This document shows, one piece after another, positions 51,203 to 64,000 of a stretch of DNA of 64,000 bases. Every line of letters starts with the position of its first letter. Within the stretch, counting starts at the first letter, position 1. The stretch is from Escherichia coli (GTDB lineage Bacteria > Pseudomonadota > Gammaproteobacteria > Enterobacterales > Enterobacteriaceae). The notes beneath the pieces were generated by a model. It ran no database searches and had not been told where the DNA came from. It saw nothing but the letters and a program-made list of their open reading frames with translations. The DNA lies in the NCBI RefSeq assembly GCF_002854065.1, contig NZ_CP024147.1; one strand, 5' to 3'. The position numbers and the translations under genes are program-made.

Positions 51203-51721
51203 CCTGGCCTTACTCAATTAGCTATTAATCATCGCCAGCGCGCGATGATGTTCCGAAGACTATAAGGCATGTTATAGTCTGGATTATATTGAGGCAAGTC
51301 ACCCTCCCATTTATTCAGAGTAAAAGTCTATTCTGTGATAAATGGCGCTGATTCATAGCTTAAAAAATACCCTTGTCAATCAACCCATTGCCGTCGTACT
51401 TTTGATTCTTCTTATTTACGCTTCCTTTTTCCGCACCCTAATCGTGACAGCATCTTTAGACCTGTTTAAATATCCAGTATTGAGGCAAGTGTATTTTTTC
51501 ACCATGCCAGGCTTTCTTAACTTTCCATTTTTTGCAGCATCATTAAAGAACAGATACCCGTTATCTTAATATCCGCCACAGAATTGCTCTATCATAGAAA
51601 CCGCAGAAGACGTCTGATACTTCTGTCAGGTCATCGTAACTCGTCCAGGTCAGCGGTTTTGATTACGGATTGATGATGAAATGAGCATAAGTGTTGTACG
51701 GTTGGATTATCAGGATGTGCT

Positions 51722-52090
51722 ATGAATATGATGCGTATTTTTTATATCGGATTGTCAGGTGTGGGGATGATGTTCTCATCAATGGCGTCTGGAAATGACG
51801 CTGGCGGACTTCAATCTCCGGCGTGCGGCATTGTTTGTGACCCGTATATTTGTGTGAACTCAGATGGCATTTCCCCAGAGTTAACAAGGAAATATCTCGG
51901 CGAAAAAACCGCTGAAAACTTACAATCATTACAAGGCTACGATCCCAGCGAATTTACATTCGCTAACGGTGTATTTTGCGATGTTAAAGAAAAATTATGC
52001 CGTGATGATCGTTATTTTGGTGTAGATGGTAAGCGGAGTGGAAAAATCAATCAAACCACCACAAAGATGTTATTTATGTGTCGTGAGTGA
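51722..52090 (+). CDS. ycgJ: uncharacterised secreted protein YcgJ
   Basis: 122-aa ORF with signal peptide. Confidence 0.8.
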   Translation: MNMMRIFYIGLSGVGMMFSSMASGNDAGGLQSPACGIVCDPYICVNSDGISPELTRKYLGEKTAENLQSLQGYDPSEFTFANGVFCDVKEKLCRDDRYFGVDGKRSGKINQTTTKMLFMCRE

Positions 52091-52192
52091 TGTCTTGTTT
52101 ACATTATGTTCTATTCGTCATTAACCTCTTGAGCGACAGAGAGGAGTGGGGCGTTAACGTTTATGACGGGGAGAGTCCCCGTCGGTTGACAT

Positions 52193-52594
52193 TTACTTAA
52201 TTTGAATATCGACGTTATATTTTTTAGTTTTGTTTTTACGGGCGTCGTTTCGGGTTTGCAGCACTCGCAGCTCATATTTGCCAGAAGCAGGGAGTGAGTA
52301 TTGTCCGTGACTATCGAGTTCTGGGGAATATCTGGATAAATCAACAGAATCATCGATTCCTGGCCCGAAGAGGTAAGTATCAGCACCTTCATTAGAGATA
52401 CTCACATGCACTTTCTGACCTTTTTTGGCATAGAAGGTATATGTATCGTAATCGTATCCCTTTATTTCGCCGGAGTACTGAGCGCTGCTATGGCCTTTTC
52501 TGAACTCAACATTGACATTCTTACCCGCAGCAAAGCTCGTGGAGGTTAGCAGTGCAAGCAGCAATACAGCCTTACTGATGCTCTTGATTTTCAT
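52193..52594 (-). CDS. pliG: periplasmic inhibitor of g-type lysozyme PliG (YcgK)
   Basis: 133-aa secreted ORF (signal peptide ...SFAAG). Confidence 0.82.
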
Positions 52595-52801
52595 TGGTAG
52601 TCTCCTGTTCAGAATGAGTACGATGAACTGTTATAATATAACAATCCATTACGGGAGAATTCCAGTGGCTTTCCTGCGTTCGGTAAAATCCCGTCGCGGC
52701 ATTTTTGCCGGGGGGATTACTTATAAAGGGGGCATGGACTCAACAAACCGTAGAATCTACAGCTGGCTGGCTTGTGGCGCGGGTTTCATTGATGTTAGCT
52801 T

Positions 52802-53128
52802 ATGCCAAAACCTGGCATCTTAAAGAGTAAAAGTATGTTTTGTGTGATTTATCGAAGCAGCAAGCGTGACCAGACCTATTTATATGTCGAAAAAAAAGAC
52901 GATTTTTCGCGTGTTCCTGAGGAACTGATGAAAGGTTTTGGTCAGCCTCAGTTAGCGATGATTCTGCCGCTGGATGGGCGGAAGAAACTGGTCAATGCCG
53001 ATATTGAAAAGGTTAAACAGGCATTAACCGAGCAAGGTTACTATTTGCAGTTACCGCCACCACCCGAAGATTTGCTGAAGCAACATCTTTCCGTCATGGG
53101 GCAGAAAACAGACGACACTAACAAATAA
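52802..53128 (+). CDS. ycgL: YcgL domain protein
   Basis: 108-aa ORF. Confidence 0.8.
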   Translation: MPKPGILKSKSMFCVIYRSSKRDQTYLYVEKKDDFSRVPEELMKGFGQPQLAMILPLDGRKKLVNADIEKVKQALTEQGYYLQLPPPPEDLLKQHLSVMGQKTDDTNK

Positions 53129-53199
53129 CCGATATCCGGCGGTGGCATTATCTTTGTCGGCGCGGGTTTTCATATCCACGATAAGGTGAGGGGAACGTT

Positions 53200-53859
53200 A
53201 TGTATCAACATCACAACTGGCAAGGTGCGCTGCTGGATTATCCGGTGAGTAAAGTAGTCTGTGTTGGCAGTAACTATGCCAAACATATTAAAGAGATGGG
53301 CAGCGCAGTGCCCGAAGAGCCAGTGCTGTTTATTAAACCAGAAACGGCACTGTGCGATCTGCGGCAGCCATTGGCGATCCCATCCGATTTCGGTTCAGTT
53401 CATCATGAAGTCGAACTGGCGGTGTTGATTGGCGCGACGCTGCGTCAGGCTACGGAAGAGCATGTCCGCAAAGCCATTGCCGGTTACGGCGTGGCGCTCG
53501 ATCTGACGTTGCGTGATGTTCAGGGAAAAATGAAGAAAGCCGGGCAGCCGTGGGAAAAGGCTAAAGCGTTTGATAACTCTTGTCCGCTTTCCGGGTTTAT
53601 TCCCGCGGCGGAATTCACCGGCGATCCGCAAAATACAACGCTGGGCCTGAGCGTAAACGGCGAACAACGCCAGCAAGGTACGACTGCGGACATGATCCAT
53701 AAAATCGTTCCGCTGATCGCTTATATGAGCAAGTTTTTTACCCTCAAGGCTGGTGACGTTGTGCTGACAGGCACGCCTGATGGCGTCGGCCCGTTGCAAA
53801 GCGGTGATGAGCTGACAGTCACTTTCGATGGGCATTCTTTGACAACTCGCGTTTTGTAA
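53200..53859 (+). CDS. ycgM: fumarylacetoacetate hydrolase-family protein YcgM (oxaloacetate decarboxylase-like)
   Basis: 219-aa FAH-fold product. Confidence 0.85.
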
Positions 53860-53935
53860 TACTTTTTGCCGCCTGAAAGCGGCGGCAAAACTTGCATCGC
53901 TGTGCCAGACTGGTTATAAGGTGCGTTTTAACGTA

Positions 53936-54397
53936 ATGGCGGAACACCTGATGAGCGATGTACCTTTCTGGCAAAGTAAAACCCTGGACGAAATGAGCGA
54001 TGCGGAATGGGAGTCGTTGTGTGATGGTTGCGGTCAGTGTTGCCTGCATAAACTGATGGATGAAGACACCGACGAAATCTACTTCACTAACGTCGCCTGT
54101 CGCCAGCTCAATATTAAAACCTGTCAATGTCGGAACTACGAACGTCGTTTCGAGTTTGAACCCGACTGCATTAAATTAACCCGTGAAAATCTGCCAACAT
54201 TCGAATGGCTGCCAATGACCTGCGCTTATCGTTTGCTGGCGGAAGGTAAAGATTTACCTGCGTGGCATCCGCTGCTTACTGGTTCGAAAGCGGCAATGCA
54301 TGGTGAACGTATCTCTGTGCGTCATATCGCAGTGAAAGAATCAGAAGTGATTGACTGGCAGGATCATATCTTAAATAAACCTGACTGGGCGCAGTGA
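53936..54397 (+). CDS. ycgN: UPF0260 Cys-rich protein YcgN
   Basis: 153-aa product [15 protein letters not shown]... with CxxC...C motifs. Confidence 0.8.
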
Positions 54398-54603
54398 TAA
54401 ATTTAATAGATGTTGATGGGGGCTTTCTTAATATACGTCTGGATGCTCGCCATTTCGTAGCCCTGTTTTTGAAAGCGCTCTGTCATAATGAGAGTTACCC
54501 GATACCTTATTATCAACAGGTAACTCTCAATCTTTAAAAAACGTCTGTATTTTTAAATGTGATAAACTTTATACCTTGAGTACATGGAGAGAATAATCGC
54601 TGA

Positions 54604-55515
54604 TCAGACTTCAGGTACCTCAAAGAGTGTCTTTTTACCGTGTCTTTTCTGATACTCATTACAGGTGTTAATCATTTTTTTTGCCGCTTCTTTTAGCAAA
54701 GAAAGCATTAAATCATCATAATCAACATAGAATCTGGTTGTTTCAGTTTCCGTTTTTATCTCCCCGATGGCGGCTATTTCGGTGGTTAATTTCAATTTGG
54801 CGGCATCGATATCTTTATTCGCTTGTTTAACCGTGTTAGACAGGGTGGTAAAGAAACTCTGCACAGATTTTAACTTGTTCTTCAATTCTGGAATCAGTTT
54901 CCCTTCAACTACGCCCGCGGCAATAGAATAGGAAATGATTAATCCAAATGGACCGGCGACGACACCGGCTGCGGCACCGGCATACGCTTCCTTCCTGATT
55001 TTATCTACCTGTGACTGGAAATAGCTGCTTTTTTCTGAAAAATCATTGGTTAACTGGCTATCTAACGCCAGCAGTTTCCCGGAAGCGTTGTTGAAACTTT
55101 GTGAGCTTACCAGCAGGGATTTTTGCGCTTCATTCAGCTTCGTGATGCCGTCATCCAGTACCTTAATGAGAATGTCTTTCTGGGCGGATGCTTTCTTCTC
55201 ATTGTACTCATCAAATAGCAAAATATACGCTGCGAGCAATTGCGTCGCAACACCACACCATTCATACACTGTTTGGGTTGCTTCAAAATACTTATCCTGG
55301 CTATCCATAAGTAAGGTTTTAATATCGCCAACTAAAACGGAGGCTGCCTGTGAATACTCCTGTTTAAAGCGACTTAACTCTTTTATGGTTTCATCAAAGG
55401 TCTGCCAGGGGATGACCTGATCGAGATATTTATTATAAAGATCCAATGCTCCATCTGCGGTTTCGATTGCGTTTTTAACTACCTCTACCGTTTTATCTGC
55501 AACGATTTCAGTCAT
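54604..55515 (-). CDS. hlyE: pore-forming cytolysin HlyE (ClyA)
   Basis: 303-aa product MTEIVADKTVEVVKNAIETADGALDLYNKYLDQVIPWQ...; intact frame. Confidence 0.9.
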   Translation of the reverse strand: MTEIVADKTVEVVKNAIETADGALDLYNKYLDQVIPWQTFDETIKELSRFKQEYSQAASVLVGDIKTLLMDSQDKYFEATQTVYEWCGVATQLLAAYILLFDEYNEKKASAQKDILIKVLDDGITKLNEAQKSLLVSSQSFNNASGKLLALDSQLTNDFSEKSSYFQSQVDKIRKEAYAGAAAGVVAGPFGLIISYSIAAGVVEGKLIPELKNKLKSVQSFFTTLSNTVKQANKDIDAAKLKLTTEIAAIGEIKTETETTRFYVDYDDLMLSLLKEAAKKMINTCNEYQKRHGKKTLFEVPEV

Positions 55516-55848
55516 AATCATTCGCCTCTTTAAATATATAAATTGTAATGAAACTCCTGTTTTACAACTATTAATGAATTTTACTTCATCTAATTCATAG
55601 TTAGCCGGGAGAGATGCGTCAATGTCTTTATTTATATTAATATGATAAATATCAAACAATGTTTAATGTCATTATGGCGAATGCTTCTATTCTATTTTTT
55701 AGCCGGGTGATATTTTTCATTTCTGCTGGATGAGCGTCGTCGCCAGAAGGCCGCGTGAGCACAGGATAAGAGAACGAAAAATCAGCAGTCTATGCAGCGA
55801 CAAATATTGATAGCCTGAATCAGTATTGATCTGCTGGCAAGAACAGAC

Positions 55849-55868
55849 TACTGTATATAAAAACAGTA
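55849..55868 (+). promoter_or_regulatory. LexA (SOS) box upstream of umuDC
   Basis: TACTGTATATAAAAACAGTA: perfect CTGT-N8-ACAG palindrome 20 nt upstream of the umuD start. Confidence 0.85.
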
Positions 55869-55887
55869 TAACTTCAGGCAGATTATT

Positions 55888-56307
55888 ATGTTGTTTATCA
55901 AGCCTGCGGATCTCCGCGAAATTGTGACTTTTCCGCTATTTAGCGATCTTGTTCAGTGTGGCTTTCCTTCACCGGCCGCAGATTACGTTGAACAGCGCAT
56001 CGATCTGAATCAACTGTTGATCCAGCATCCCAGCGCGACTTACTTCGTCAAAGCAAGTGGTGATTCTATGATTGATGGTGGAATTAGTGACGGTGATTTA
56101 CTGATTGTCGATAGCGCTATTACCGCCAGCCATGGTGATATTGTCATCGCTGCTGTTGACGGCGAGTTTACGGTGAAAAAATTGCAACTACGCCCGACGG
56201 TACAGCTTATTCCCATGAACAGCGCGTACTCGCCCATTACCATCAGTAGTGAAGATACGCTGGATGTCTTTGGTGTGGTGATCCACGTCGTTAAGGCGAT
56301 GCGCTGA
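55888..56307 (+). CDS. umuD: DNA polymerase V accessory subunit UmuD
   Basis: 139-aa LexA-like S24 peptidase fold (CGFPSPA...ASGDSM). Confidence 0.95.
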
Positions 56308-57575
56308 TGTTTGCCCTCTGTGATGTAAACGCGTTTTATGCCAGCTGTGAGACGGTGTTTCGCCCTGATTTATGGGGTAAACCGGTGGTTGTGCTATCGA
56401 ATAATGACGGTTGCGTTATCGCCCGAAACGCTGAGGCAAAGGCGCTTGGCGTTAAAATGGGCGATCCCTGGTTCAAACAAAAAGATCTGTTTCGTCGCTG
56501 TGGCGTGGTTTGCTTTAGCAGCAATTATGAGCTTTACGCAGACATGAGCAATCGGGTGATGTCGACGCTGGAAGAACTATCGCCCCGCGTCGAGATTTAC
56601 AGTATTGATGAGGCATTCTGCGATCTGATAGGTGTGCGTAATTGTCGCGATCTGACTGACTTTGGCAGAGAAATTCGCGCAACGGTGCTACAACGTACCC
56701 ATCTTACTGTTGGTGTGGGGATCGCCCAGACCAAAACGCTGGCTAAGCTTGCCAATCATGCGGCAAAAAAATGGCAGCGGCAGACGGGTGGGGTGGTGGA
56801 TTTATCAAATCTGGAACGCCAGCGTAAATTAATGTCTGCTCTCCCCGTGGATGACGTCTGGGGGATTGGACGGCGGATCAGCAAAAAACTGGACGCGATG
56901 GGGATCAAAACCGTTCTCGATTTGGCGGATACAGATATCCGGTTTATCCGTAAACATTTTAATGTCGTGCTCGAAAGAACGGTGCGTGAACTGCGCGGTG
57001 AACCCTGTTTGCAACTGGAAGAATTTGCACCGACAAAGCAGGAAATTATCTGTTCCCGCTCGTTTGGTGAACGCATCACGGATTATACGTCGATGCGGCA
57101 GGCCATTTGTAGTTACGCTGCCCGGGCGGCGGAAAAACTTCGCAGTGAGCATCAATATTGTCGGTTTATCTCCACATTTATTAAGACGTCACCATTTGCG
57201 CTCAATGAACCTTATTACGGCAATAACGCGTCGGTAAAACTGCTGACGCCCACTCAGGACAGCAGGGATATCATTAACGCCGCTACGCGATCTCTGGATG
57301 CCATCTGGCAAGCGGGCCATCGCTACCAAAAAGCGGGCGTGATGCTGGGGGATTTCTTCAGTCAGGGAGTCGCGCAGCTCAATTTATTCGATGACAACGC
57401 ACCGCGCCCCGGGAGTGAGCAATTGATGACGGTAATGGATACACTGAATGCTAAAGAGGGCAGAGGAACACTCTATTTTGCCGGGCAGGGGATCCAGCAA
57501 CAATGGCAGATGAAGCGAGCCATGCTTTCACCACGTTATACAACGCGAAGTTCTGATTTACTGCGGGTCAAATAA
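56307..57575 (+). CDS. umuC: DNA polymerase V catalytic subunit UmuC
   Basis: 422-aa Y-family polymerase [15 protein letters not shown]...; start overlaps umuD stop. Confidence 0.95.
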   Translation: MFALCDVNAFYASCETVFRPDLWGKPVVVLSNNDGCVIARNAEAKALGVKMGDPWFKQKDLFRRCGVVCFSSNYELYADMSNRVMSTLEELSPRVEIYSIDEAFCDLIGVRNCRDLTDFGREIRATVLQRTHLTVGVGIAQTKTLAKLANHAAKKWQRQTGGVVDLSNLERQRKLMSALPVDDVWGIGRRISKKLDAMGIKTVLDLADTDIRFIRKHFNVVLERTVRELRGEPCLQLEEFAPTKQEIICSRSFGERITDYTSMRQAICSYAARAAEKLRSEHQYCRFISTFIKTSPFALNEPYYGNNASVKLLTPTQDSRDIINAATRSLDAIWQAGHRYQKAGVMLGDFFSQGVAQLNLFDDNAPRPGSEQLMTVMDTLNAKEGRGTLYFAGQGIQQQWQMKRAMLSPRYTTRSSDLLRVK

Positions 57576-57620
57576 ATATAGCGGCAGGAAAAAAGCGCTC
57601 CCGCAGGAGCGCCGAATGGA

Positions 57621-58151
57621 TTAGCGACCGAACAGATCACGTTTTTTCGCTTTAAACGGCTGGGAAATCACCACCAGCACTGCGACAATCAGGTAAGCGA
57701 TAAAAATACCGAGCAGCCACTGCGGCATTTCCAGACCTAAAAAATCCCACTGACGCTCGGCGCAATCGCCAGAGGCGACAAACACTTGCGGCACCCATTT
57801 ATCCAGCGGCAGCCATTCCGGGAAACGAACCATAAAATCACAGGTCGCAAACGGCGAAGGATAGAGCTGAAGCATGGTGTGCTCGTAAGTTAACTGCACA
57901 CCGCGGAACGCACTATACAACCAGATAACCATCGCTACATAACGCAGTGGCGTTTTTGGAGCGATCGCGCCAATCAGCGCAGCACCCAGAACGCCGAATA
58001 ACGCGCAGCGTTCATAAATACAGAGCACGCAAGGTTTCAGTAACATCACATGCTGGAACCACAGCGCCGTCAGTTCCAGTGCCAGAGCAGTAAACGCCAT
58101 CAACAGCCACGCGCCCCGGCCTTGTGAACATTGGTTCAAAAATCGCAACAT
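57621..58151 (-). CDS. dsbB: disulfide bond formation protein B
   Basis: 176-aa product [17 protein letters not shown]... Confidence 0.93.
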   Translation of the reverse strand: MLRFLNQCSQGRGAWLLMAFTALALELTALWFQHVMLLKPCVLCIYERCALFGVLGAALIGAIAPKTPLRYVAMVIWLYSAFRGVQLTYEHTMLQLYPSPFATCDFMVRFPEWLPLDKWVPQVFVASGDCAERQWDFLGLEMPQWLLGIFIAYLIVAVLVVISQPFKAKKRDLFGR

Positions 58152-58296
58152 AATCATTTCCCTGCAATATGCATAGAGTGCGCAGTTTAAACCAATTCAT
58201 TCGCTGCGCCACCAGGAGGCAGCAAAAATAGGACGCAATTGGACAATTATCGGGCGAAAAGGCAAACCGGGCATTTATATGCCCGGTAAGTTGTTA

Positions 58297-59838
58297 TCAA
58301 AGCGTTGCTATCCAGCCCATTTGCATAAACCATTCGGTTACAGGGGCAAGCGTAAACTCGACGCAGAGCAGTCCGACGAGTGTCAGGACGAGGGTGTAAG
58401 GCAGGGCCATCCACACCATGCGGCCATAAGAGAGGCGAATCAATGGCGCGAGTGCAGAGGTCAGCAGGAACAGGAACGCAGCCTGACCGTTCGGCGTAGC
58501 GACAGAGGGCAGATTGGTACCGGTATTAATGGCGACCGCCAGCAGCTCGTATTGCTTCAACGTGATAGCGCCACTTTCCATTGCCGCTTTCGCTTCGTTG
58601 ATATAAATCGTCCCCACGAAGACGTTATCCGAAATGGATGACAGCAGTCCGTTGAAAATATAGAACAACGACAGCTGAGCATGTTCCGATGCCTGCAACA
58701 CAAACTGAATAATCGGCGAAAACAGTTGTTGGTCGATAATCACCGCGACTACCGAGAAAAACACCGTCAACAGTGCGGTGAATGGCAGAGATTCGGTGAA
58801 GGCTTTACCGATAGCATGTTCATCGGTGACACCGGTCAATGATGTTGCCAGAATAATGACTGACAAACCAATCAAGCCAACTTCCGCCAGATGCAACGCC
58901 AGCGCAGTCACCAGCCAGACGCCAATAATCGCCTGGACAATCAGACGGATTTTATCCTGACGGGTACGCTGGTGGCGGCTTTGATCGTCAAACTGTTGCA
59001 GCACTTCGCGGACTTTCTCCGGCAGCGTTTCACCGTAGCCAAACCAACGCAGCTTCTCTACCAGCAGGCAGGTTAACAGGCCACAAATCAGAACCGGAAC
59101 GGTCACCGGCGACATGCGCAGGAAGAAATCGCCAAAATGCCAGCCAGCCGCTTTAGCGATGATCAGGTTCTGTGGTTCGCCCACCATGGTCATCACGCCG
59201 CCTAATGCGGTGCCGACACCGACATGCATCATCAGGCTACGCAGAAAGCCACGGAACTGTTCCAAAACTACTTTGTAATGCTTGTCGATATGACTATCGT
59301 CTTGCAGGTCGGTGTCTTCGGTACGGGAAGAGGCTACGCGATGATAAATACCATAAAAACCGACTGCAACGCTGATCACCACCGCCACGACGGTTAAGGC
59401 ATCGAGGAACGCGGAGAGGAATGCTGCCGCCACGCAAAAAGAGAGCGACAGCAGCATTTTGGAGCGAATGCTTAACAGCAAACGGGTAAATATGAACAGC
59501 AACAGCTGTTTCATAAAATAGATACCCGCCACCATAAACATCAATAACAGCAAGACTTCAAGATTTGCCGCCACCTCTTCACGGACGTGTTCCGCGCTGG
59601 TCATGCCGATGAATACCGCTTCGATAGCCAACAGACCACCGGGGAGTAGCGGGTAGCATTTCAGGGCCATCGCCAGAGTGAAAATAAATTCCGCTACCAG
59701 CAACCAGCCAGCGACGAAAGGGCTGATGAGGAAAATTAACGGATTTACGATTAAGAAAATGATGAGGGCGAGTTTGTACCAGTCGGGGGACTGGCCCAAA
59801 AAATTGCGCCATAGCGCGCGGCCCCAGGAGATCTCCAT
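58297..59838 (-). CDS. nhaB: Na+/H+ antiporter NhaB
   Basis: 513-aa polytopic membrane product [23 protein letters not shown]... Confidence 0.93.
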   Translation of the reverse strand: MEISWGRALWRNFLGQSPDWYKLALIIFLIVNPLIFLISPFVAGWLLVAEFIFTLAMALKCYPLLPGGLLAIEAVFIGMTSAEHVREEVAANLEVLLLLMFMVAGIYFMKQLLLFIFTRLLLSIRSKMLLSLSFCVAAAFLSAFLDALTVVAVVISVAVGFYGIYHRVASSRTEDTDLQDDSHIDKHYKVVLEQFRGFLRSLMMHVGVGTALGGVMTMVGEPQNLIIAKAAGWHFGDFFLRMSPVTVPVLICGLLTCLLVEKLRWFGYGETLPEKVREVLQQFDDQSRHQRTRQDKIRLIVQAIIGVWLVTALALHLAEVGLIGLSVIILATSLTGVTDEHAIGKAFTESLPFTALLTVFFSVVAVIIDQQLFSPIIQFVLQASEHAQLSLFYIFNGLLSSISDNVFVGTIYINEAKAAMESGAITLKQYELLAVAINTGTNLPSVATPNGQAAFLFLLTSALAPLIRLSYGRMVWMALPYTLVLTLVGLLCVEFTLAPVTEWFMQMGWIATL

Positions 59839-60059
59839 GATGGTTTCCCTTACCTTACAAATAATCAATGATGTTTTTATGTTTAAACGCAAAGCTTAAC
59901 GGTCAGGCAGGAGTGAGGCAAGTCTTGATAGTCAAGGGGAAAGAGATGCGGAAAATGAAGCCTTGATCCCTTTTTTCTTCTTTTTGTCTGCTATCAGCGT
60001 AGTTAGCCCTCTGGTATGATGAGTCCAACTTTGTTTTGCTGTGTTATGGAAATCTCACT

Positions 60060-60779
60060 ATGGTCATTAAGGCGCAAAGCCCGGCGGGTTTCGCGGAAGA
60101 GTACATTATTGAAAGTATCTGGAATAACCGCTTCCCTCCCGGGACTATTTTGCCCGCAGAACGTGAACTTTCAGAATTAATTGGCGTAACGCGTACTACG
60201 TTACGTGAAGTGTTACAGCGTCTGGCACGAGATGGCTGGTTGACCATTCAACATGGCAAGCCGACGAAGGTGAATAATTTCTGGGAAACCTCTGGTTTAA
60301 ATATCCTTGAAACACTGGCGCGACTGGATCACGAAAGTGTGCCGCAGCTTATTGATAATTTGCTGTCGGTGCGTACCAATATTTCAACTATTTTTATTCG
60401 CACCGCGTTTCGTCAGCATCCCGATAAAGCGCAGGAAGTGCTGGCTACCGCTAATGAAGTGGCCGATCACGCCGATGCCTTTGCCGAGCTGGATTACAAC
60501 ATATTCCGCGGCCTGGCGTTTGCTTCCGGCAACCCGATTTACGGTCTGATCCTTAACGGGATGAAGGGACTGTATACGCGCATTGGTCGTCACTATTTCG
60601 CCAATCCGGAAGCGCGCAGTCTGGCGCTGGGCTTCTACCACAAACTGTCGGCGTTGTGCAGTGAAGGCGCGCACGATCAGGTGTACGAAACAGTGCGTCG
60701 CTATGGGCATGAGAGTGGCGAGATTTGGCACCGGATGCAGAAAAATCTGCCGGGTGATTTAGCCATTCAGGGGCGATAA
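60060..60779 (+). CDS. fadR: fatty acid metabolism regulator FadR (GntR family)
   Basis: 239-aa product [55 protein letters not shown]... Confidence 0.95.
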
Positions 60780-60791
60780 TCCCTTCCGTTT

Positions 60792-60830
60792 AAAAAACAA
60801 ACCCCTCAAACGAGGGGTTTTTGTTGTTTT
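60792..60830. terminator. bidirectional rho-independent terminator between fadR and ycgB
   Basis: A-run, cccctc-aaac-gagggg hairpin, T-run. Confidence 0.65.
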
Positions 60831-62362
60831 TACAGATTTCCCATTCTCGGCGGGCAACGTTCCAGCAACTCGACGCTGCCGTCTTCGTTTTGCTGTTCCA
60901 GCATCACATCAAATCCCCACAGGCGATGCACATGCTTCAGTACTTCTTTGCGCCCCCGATCCAGCGGTGCGCGATTATGTGGAATGTAACGCAGCGTCAG
61001 CGAACGGTCGCCGCGCAAATCCACGTTCCAGATCTGAATATTCGGCTCCAGATTACTTAAGTTATATTGCGACGATAGCCGGTTACGGATCTCCCGATAA
61101 CCTTCTTCATTATGAATAGCGGAAATCTCCAGATAATTATGCCGATCGTCATCCAGCACGGTGAAGAAGCGGAAATCACGCATCACTTTCGGCGACAGGA
61201 ACTGGCTGATAAAACTCTCATCTTTGAAATCACGCATCGCGAAATGCAGCGTTTCCAGCCAGTCGGAACCGGCGATATCCGGGAACCAGTATTTGTCTTC
61301 TTCCGTTGGCGACTGACAAATCCGTTTAATATCCTGGAACATGGCGAACCCGAGGGCATACGGGTTGATGCCGCTGTACCACGGGCTGTTATAGGGCGGC
61401 TGGAAGACCACATTGGTGTGGCTGTGCAAAAACTCCAGCATAAAACGTTCCGTTACTTTCCCTTCATCATACAGATGGTTAAGGATGGTGTAGTGCCAGA
61501 AAGTCGCCCAGCCTTCGTTCATCACCTGAGTCTGTTTTTGCGGATAAAAATACTGGCTCACCTTACGCACAATACGCAGGATTTCACGCTGCCATGATTC
61601 CAGCAGTGGCGCATTTTTCTCCATAAAATAGAGCAGGTTTTCTTGTGGTTCGGACGGATAACGGCGCGCTTCAGCAACCGTTTTCTCTTCCTCGCGCTTC
61701 GGCAGGGTACGCCAGAGCATATTGACCTGACTTTGCAAATACTCTTCGCGACTTTTCTGCCGGGCTTTCTCTTCTTGCAGCGAGATTTTTTGCGGGCGTT
61801 TGTACCGGTCCACGCCGTAGTTCATCAGCGCGTGACACGAGTCCAGAAGCCGTTCTACTTCATCAACGCCATAACGTTCTTCGCACTCGGTAATATATTT
61901 ACGGGCAAAAATCAGATAATCGACAATCGAACTGGCGTCGGTCCAGCTACGGAATAAGTAATTGTTTTTGAAGAAAGAGTTATGCCCATAGCAGGCATGA
62001 GCCATCACCAGCGCCTGCATGGTAATGGTGTTCTCTTCCATCAAGTAAGCGATACACGGGTTAGAGTTAATGACGATTTCATAGGCCAGTCCTTGCTGAC
62101 CGTGCTTATACAGCCGTTCAGTCTCGATAAACTTTTTACCGAATGACCAGTGCGGATAGTTAATTGGCATGCCGACGCTGGAGTAGGCATCCATCATCTG
62201 TTCTGAGGTTATCACTTCAATCTGGTGCGGGTAGGTATCCAGCCGGTAGAGTTTCGCCACCCGGTCTATCTCTGCCAGATAAACATCCAGCAGGTCGAAC
62301 GTCCAGTCGGGTCCATCGCTCAAACGTGTGGTGTCCTTATTCATAGAATCGATCGTCGCCAT
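60830..62362 (-). CDS. ycgB: SpoVR-family protein YcgB
   Basis: 510-aa ORF. Confidence 0.88.
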   Translation of the reverse strand: MATIDSMNKDTTRLSDGPDWTFDLLDVYLAEIDRVAKLYRLDTYPHQIEVITSEQMMDAYSSVGMPINYPHWSFGKKFIETERLYKHGQQGLAYEIVINSNPCIAYLMEENTITMQALVMAHACYGHNSFFKNNYLFRSWTDASSIVDYLIFARKYITECEERYGVDEVERLLDSCHALMNYGVDRYKRPQKISLQEEKARQKSREEYLQSQVNMLWRTLPKREEEKTVAEARRYPSEPQENLLYFMEKNAPLLESWQREILRIVRKVSQYFYPQKQTQVMNEGWATFWHYTILNHLYDEGKVTERFMLEFLHSHTNVVFQPPYNSPWYSGINPYALGFAMFQDIKRICQSPTEEDKYWFPDIAGSDWLETLHFAMRDFKDESFISQFLSPKVMRDFRFFTVLDDDRHNYLEISAIHNEEGYREIRNRLSSQYNLSNLEPNIQIWNVDLRGDRSLTLRYIPHNRAPLDRGRKEVLKHVHRLWGFDVMLEQQNEDGSVELLERCPPRMGNL

Positions 62363-62646
62363 ACGCGCACCTCATTGTTGTCGGCGCTCTCTGTGTGGAG
62401 CACCTCATTTCAAGCATAGAACACCTGTTAAAAACCGCGTCGCCGGAGAATTTTTTTCTTTGCGATTTCTTATTATCAGAGTGCCACTAATCCGCTTCTG
62501 AACGGAATTTTATGCTGGATAAAAAGGGCGTTCAGCAGGAGATACTAAAGACGCCATATTGCCGCAGAGTCAGGGAGATGTGAGCCAGCTCACCATAAAA
62601 AAGCAGTATGTTGAATAATATTTTCAACTGAGTTATCAAGATGTAA

Positions 62647-63990
<1,344 letters not shown>

Positions 63991-64000
63991 GGAAACGAGA

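Overview
This window is an Escherichia coli chromosomal segment running from lpoB to dadA (the K-12 ~25-26 min region), with about 60 protein-coding genes, almost all recognisable core genes: lpoB-thiK-nagZ-ycfP, ndh, mfd, lolCDE, nagK, cobB, potABCD, pepT, phoPQ, purB, hflD, mnmA, nudJ, rluE, icd, minCDE, umuDC, dsbB, nhaB, fadR, ycgB, dadA. Between icd and minE lies an AT-rich accessory stretch of small-protein and c-di-GMP genes (iraM, ycgX, bluR, bluF, ycgZ, ymgA, ariR, ymgC, pdeG, ymgF, ycgH, ymgD, ymgG). No rRNA, tRNA or CRISPR array was found. All comparisons to K-12 are from memory, not from a search. Features that stand out: (1) a ~1.7 kb segment between rluE and icd that I do not recall in K-12, carrying a compact minus-strand operon of a 30-codon signal-peptide-like ORF, a 149-aa ORF and a TAATG-coupled 111-aa acidic ORF, none of which I can assign to a family - this is the best candidate for an undescribed system; (2) no e14 prophage at icd, with iraM flanked by two diverged copies of the icd terminator region; (3) a complete IS2 (1331 bp, 5-bp target duplication TTATT) between ycgZ and ymgA, whose insD carries an internal TAG; (4) ymfA interrupted by an in-frame TAG; (5) a full-length 887-aa ycgH autotransporter ORF next to a ycgI remnant.
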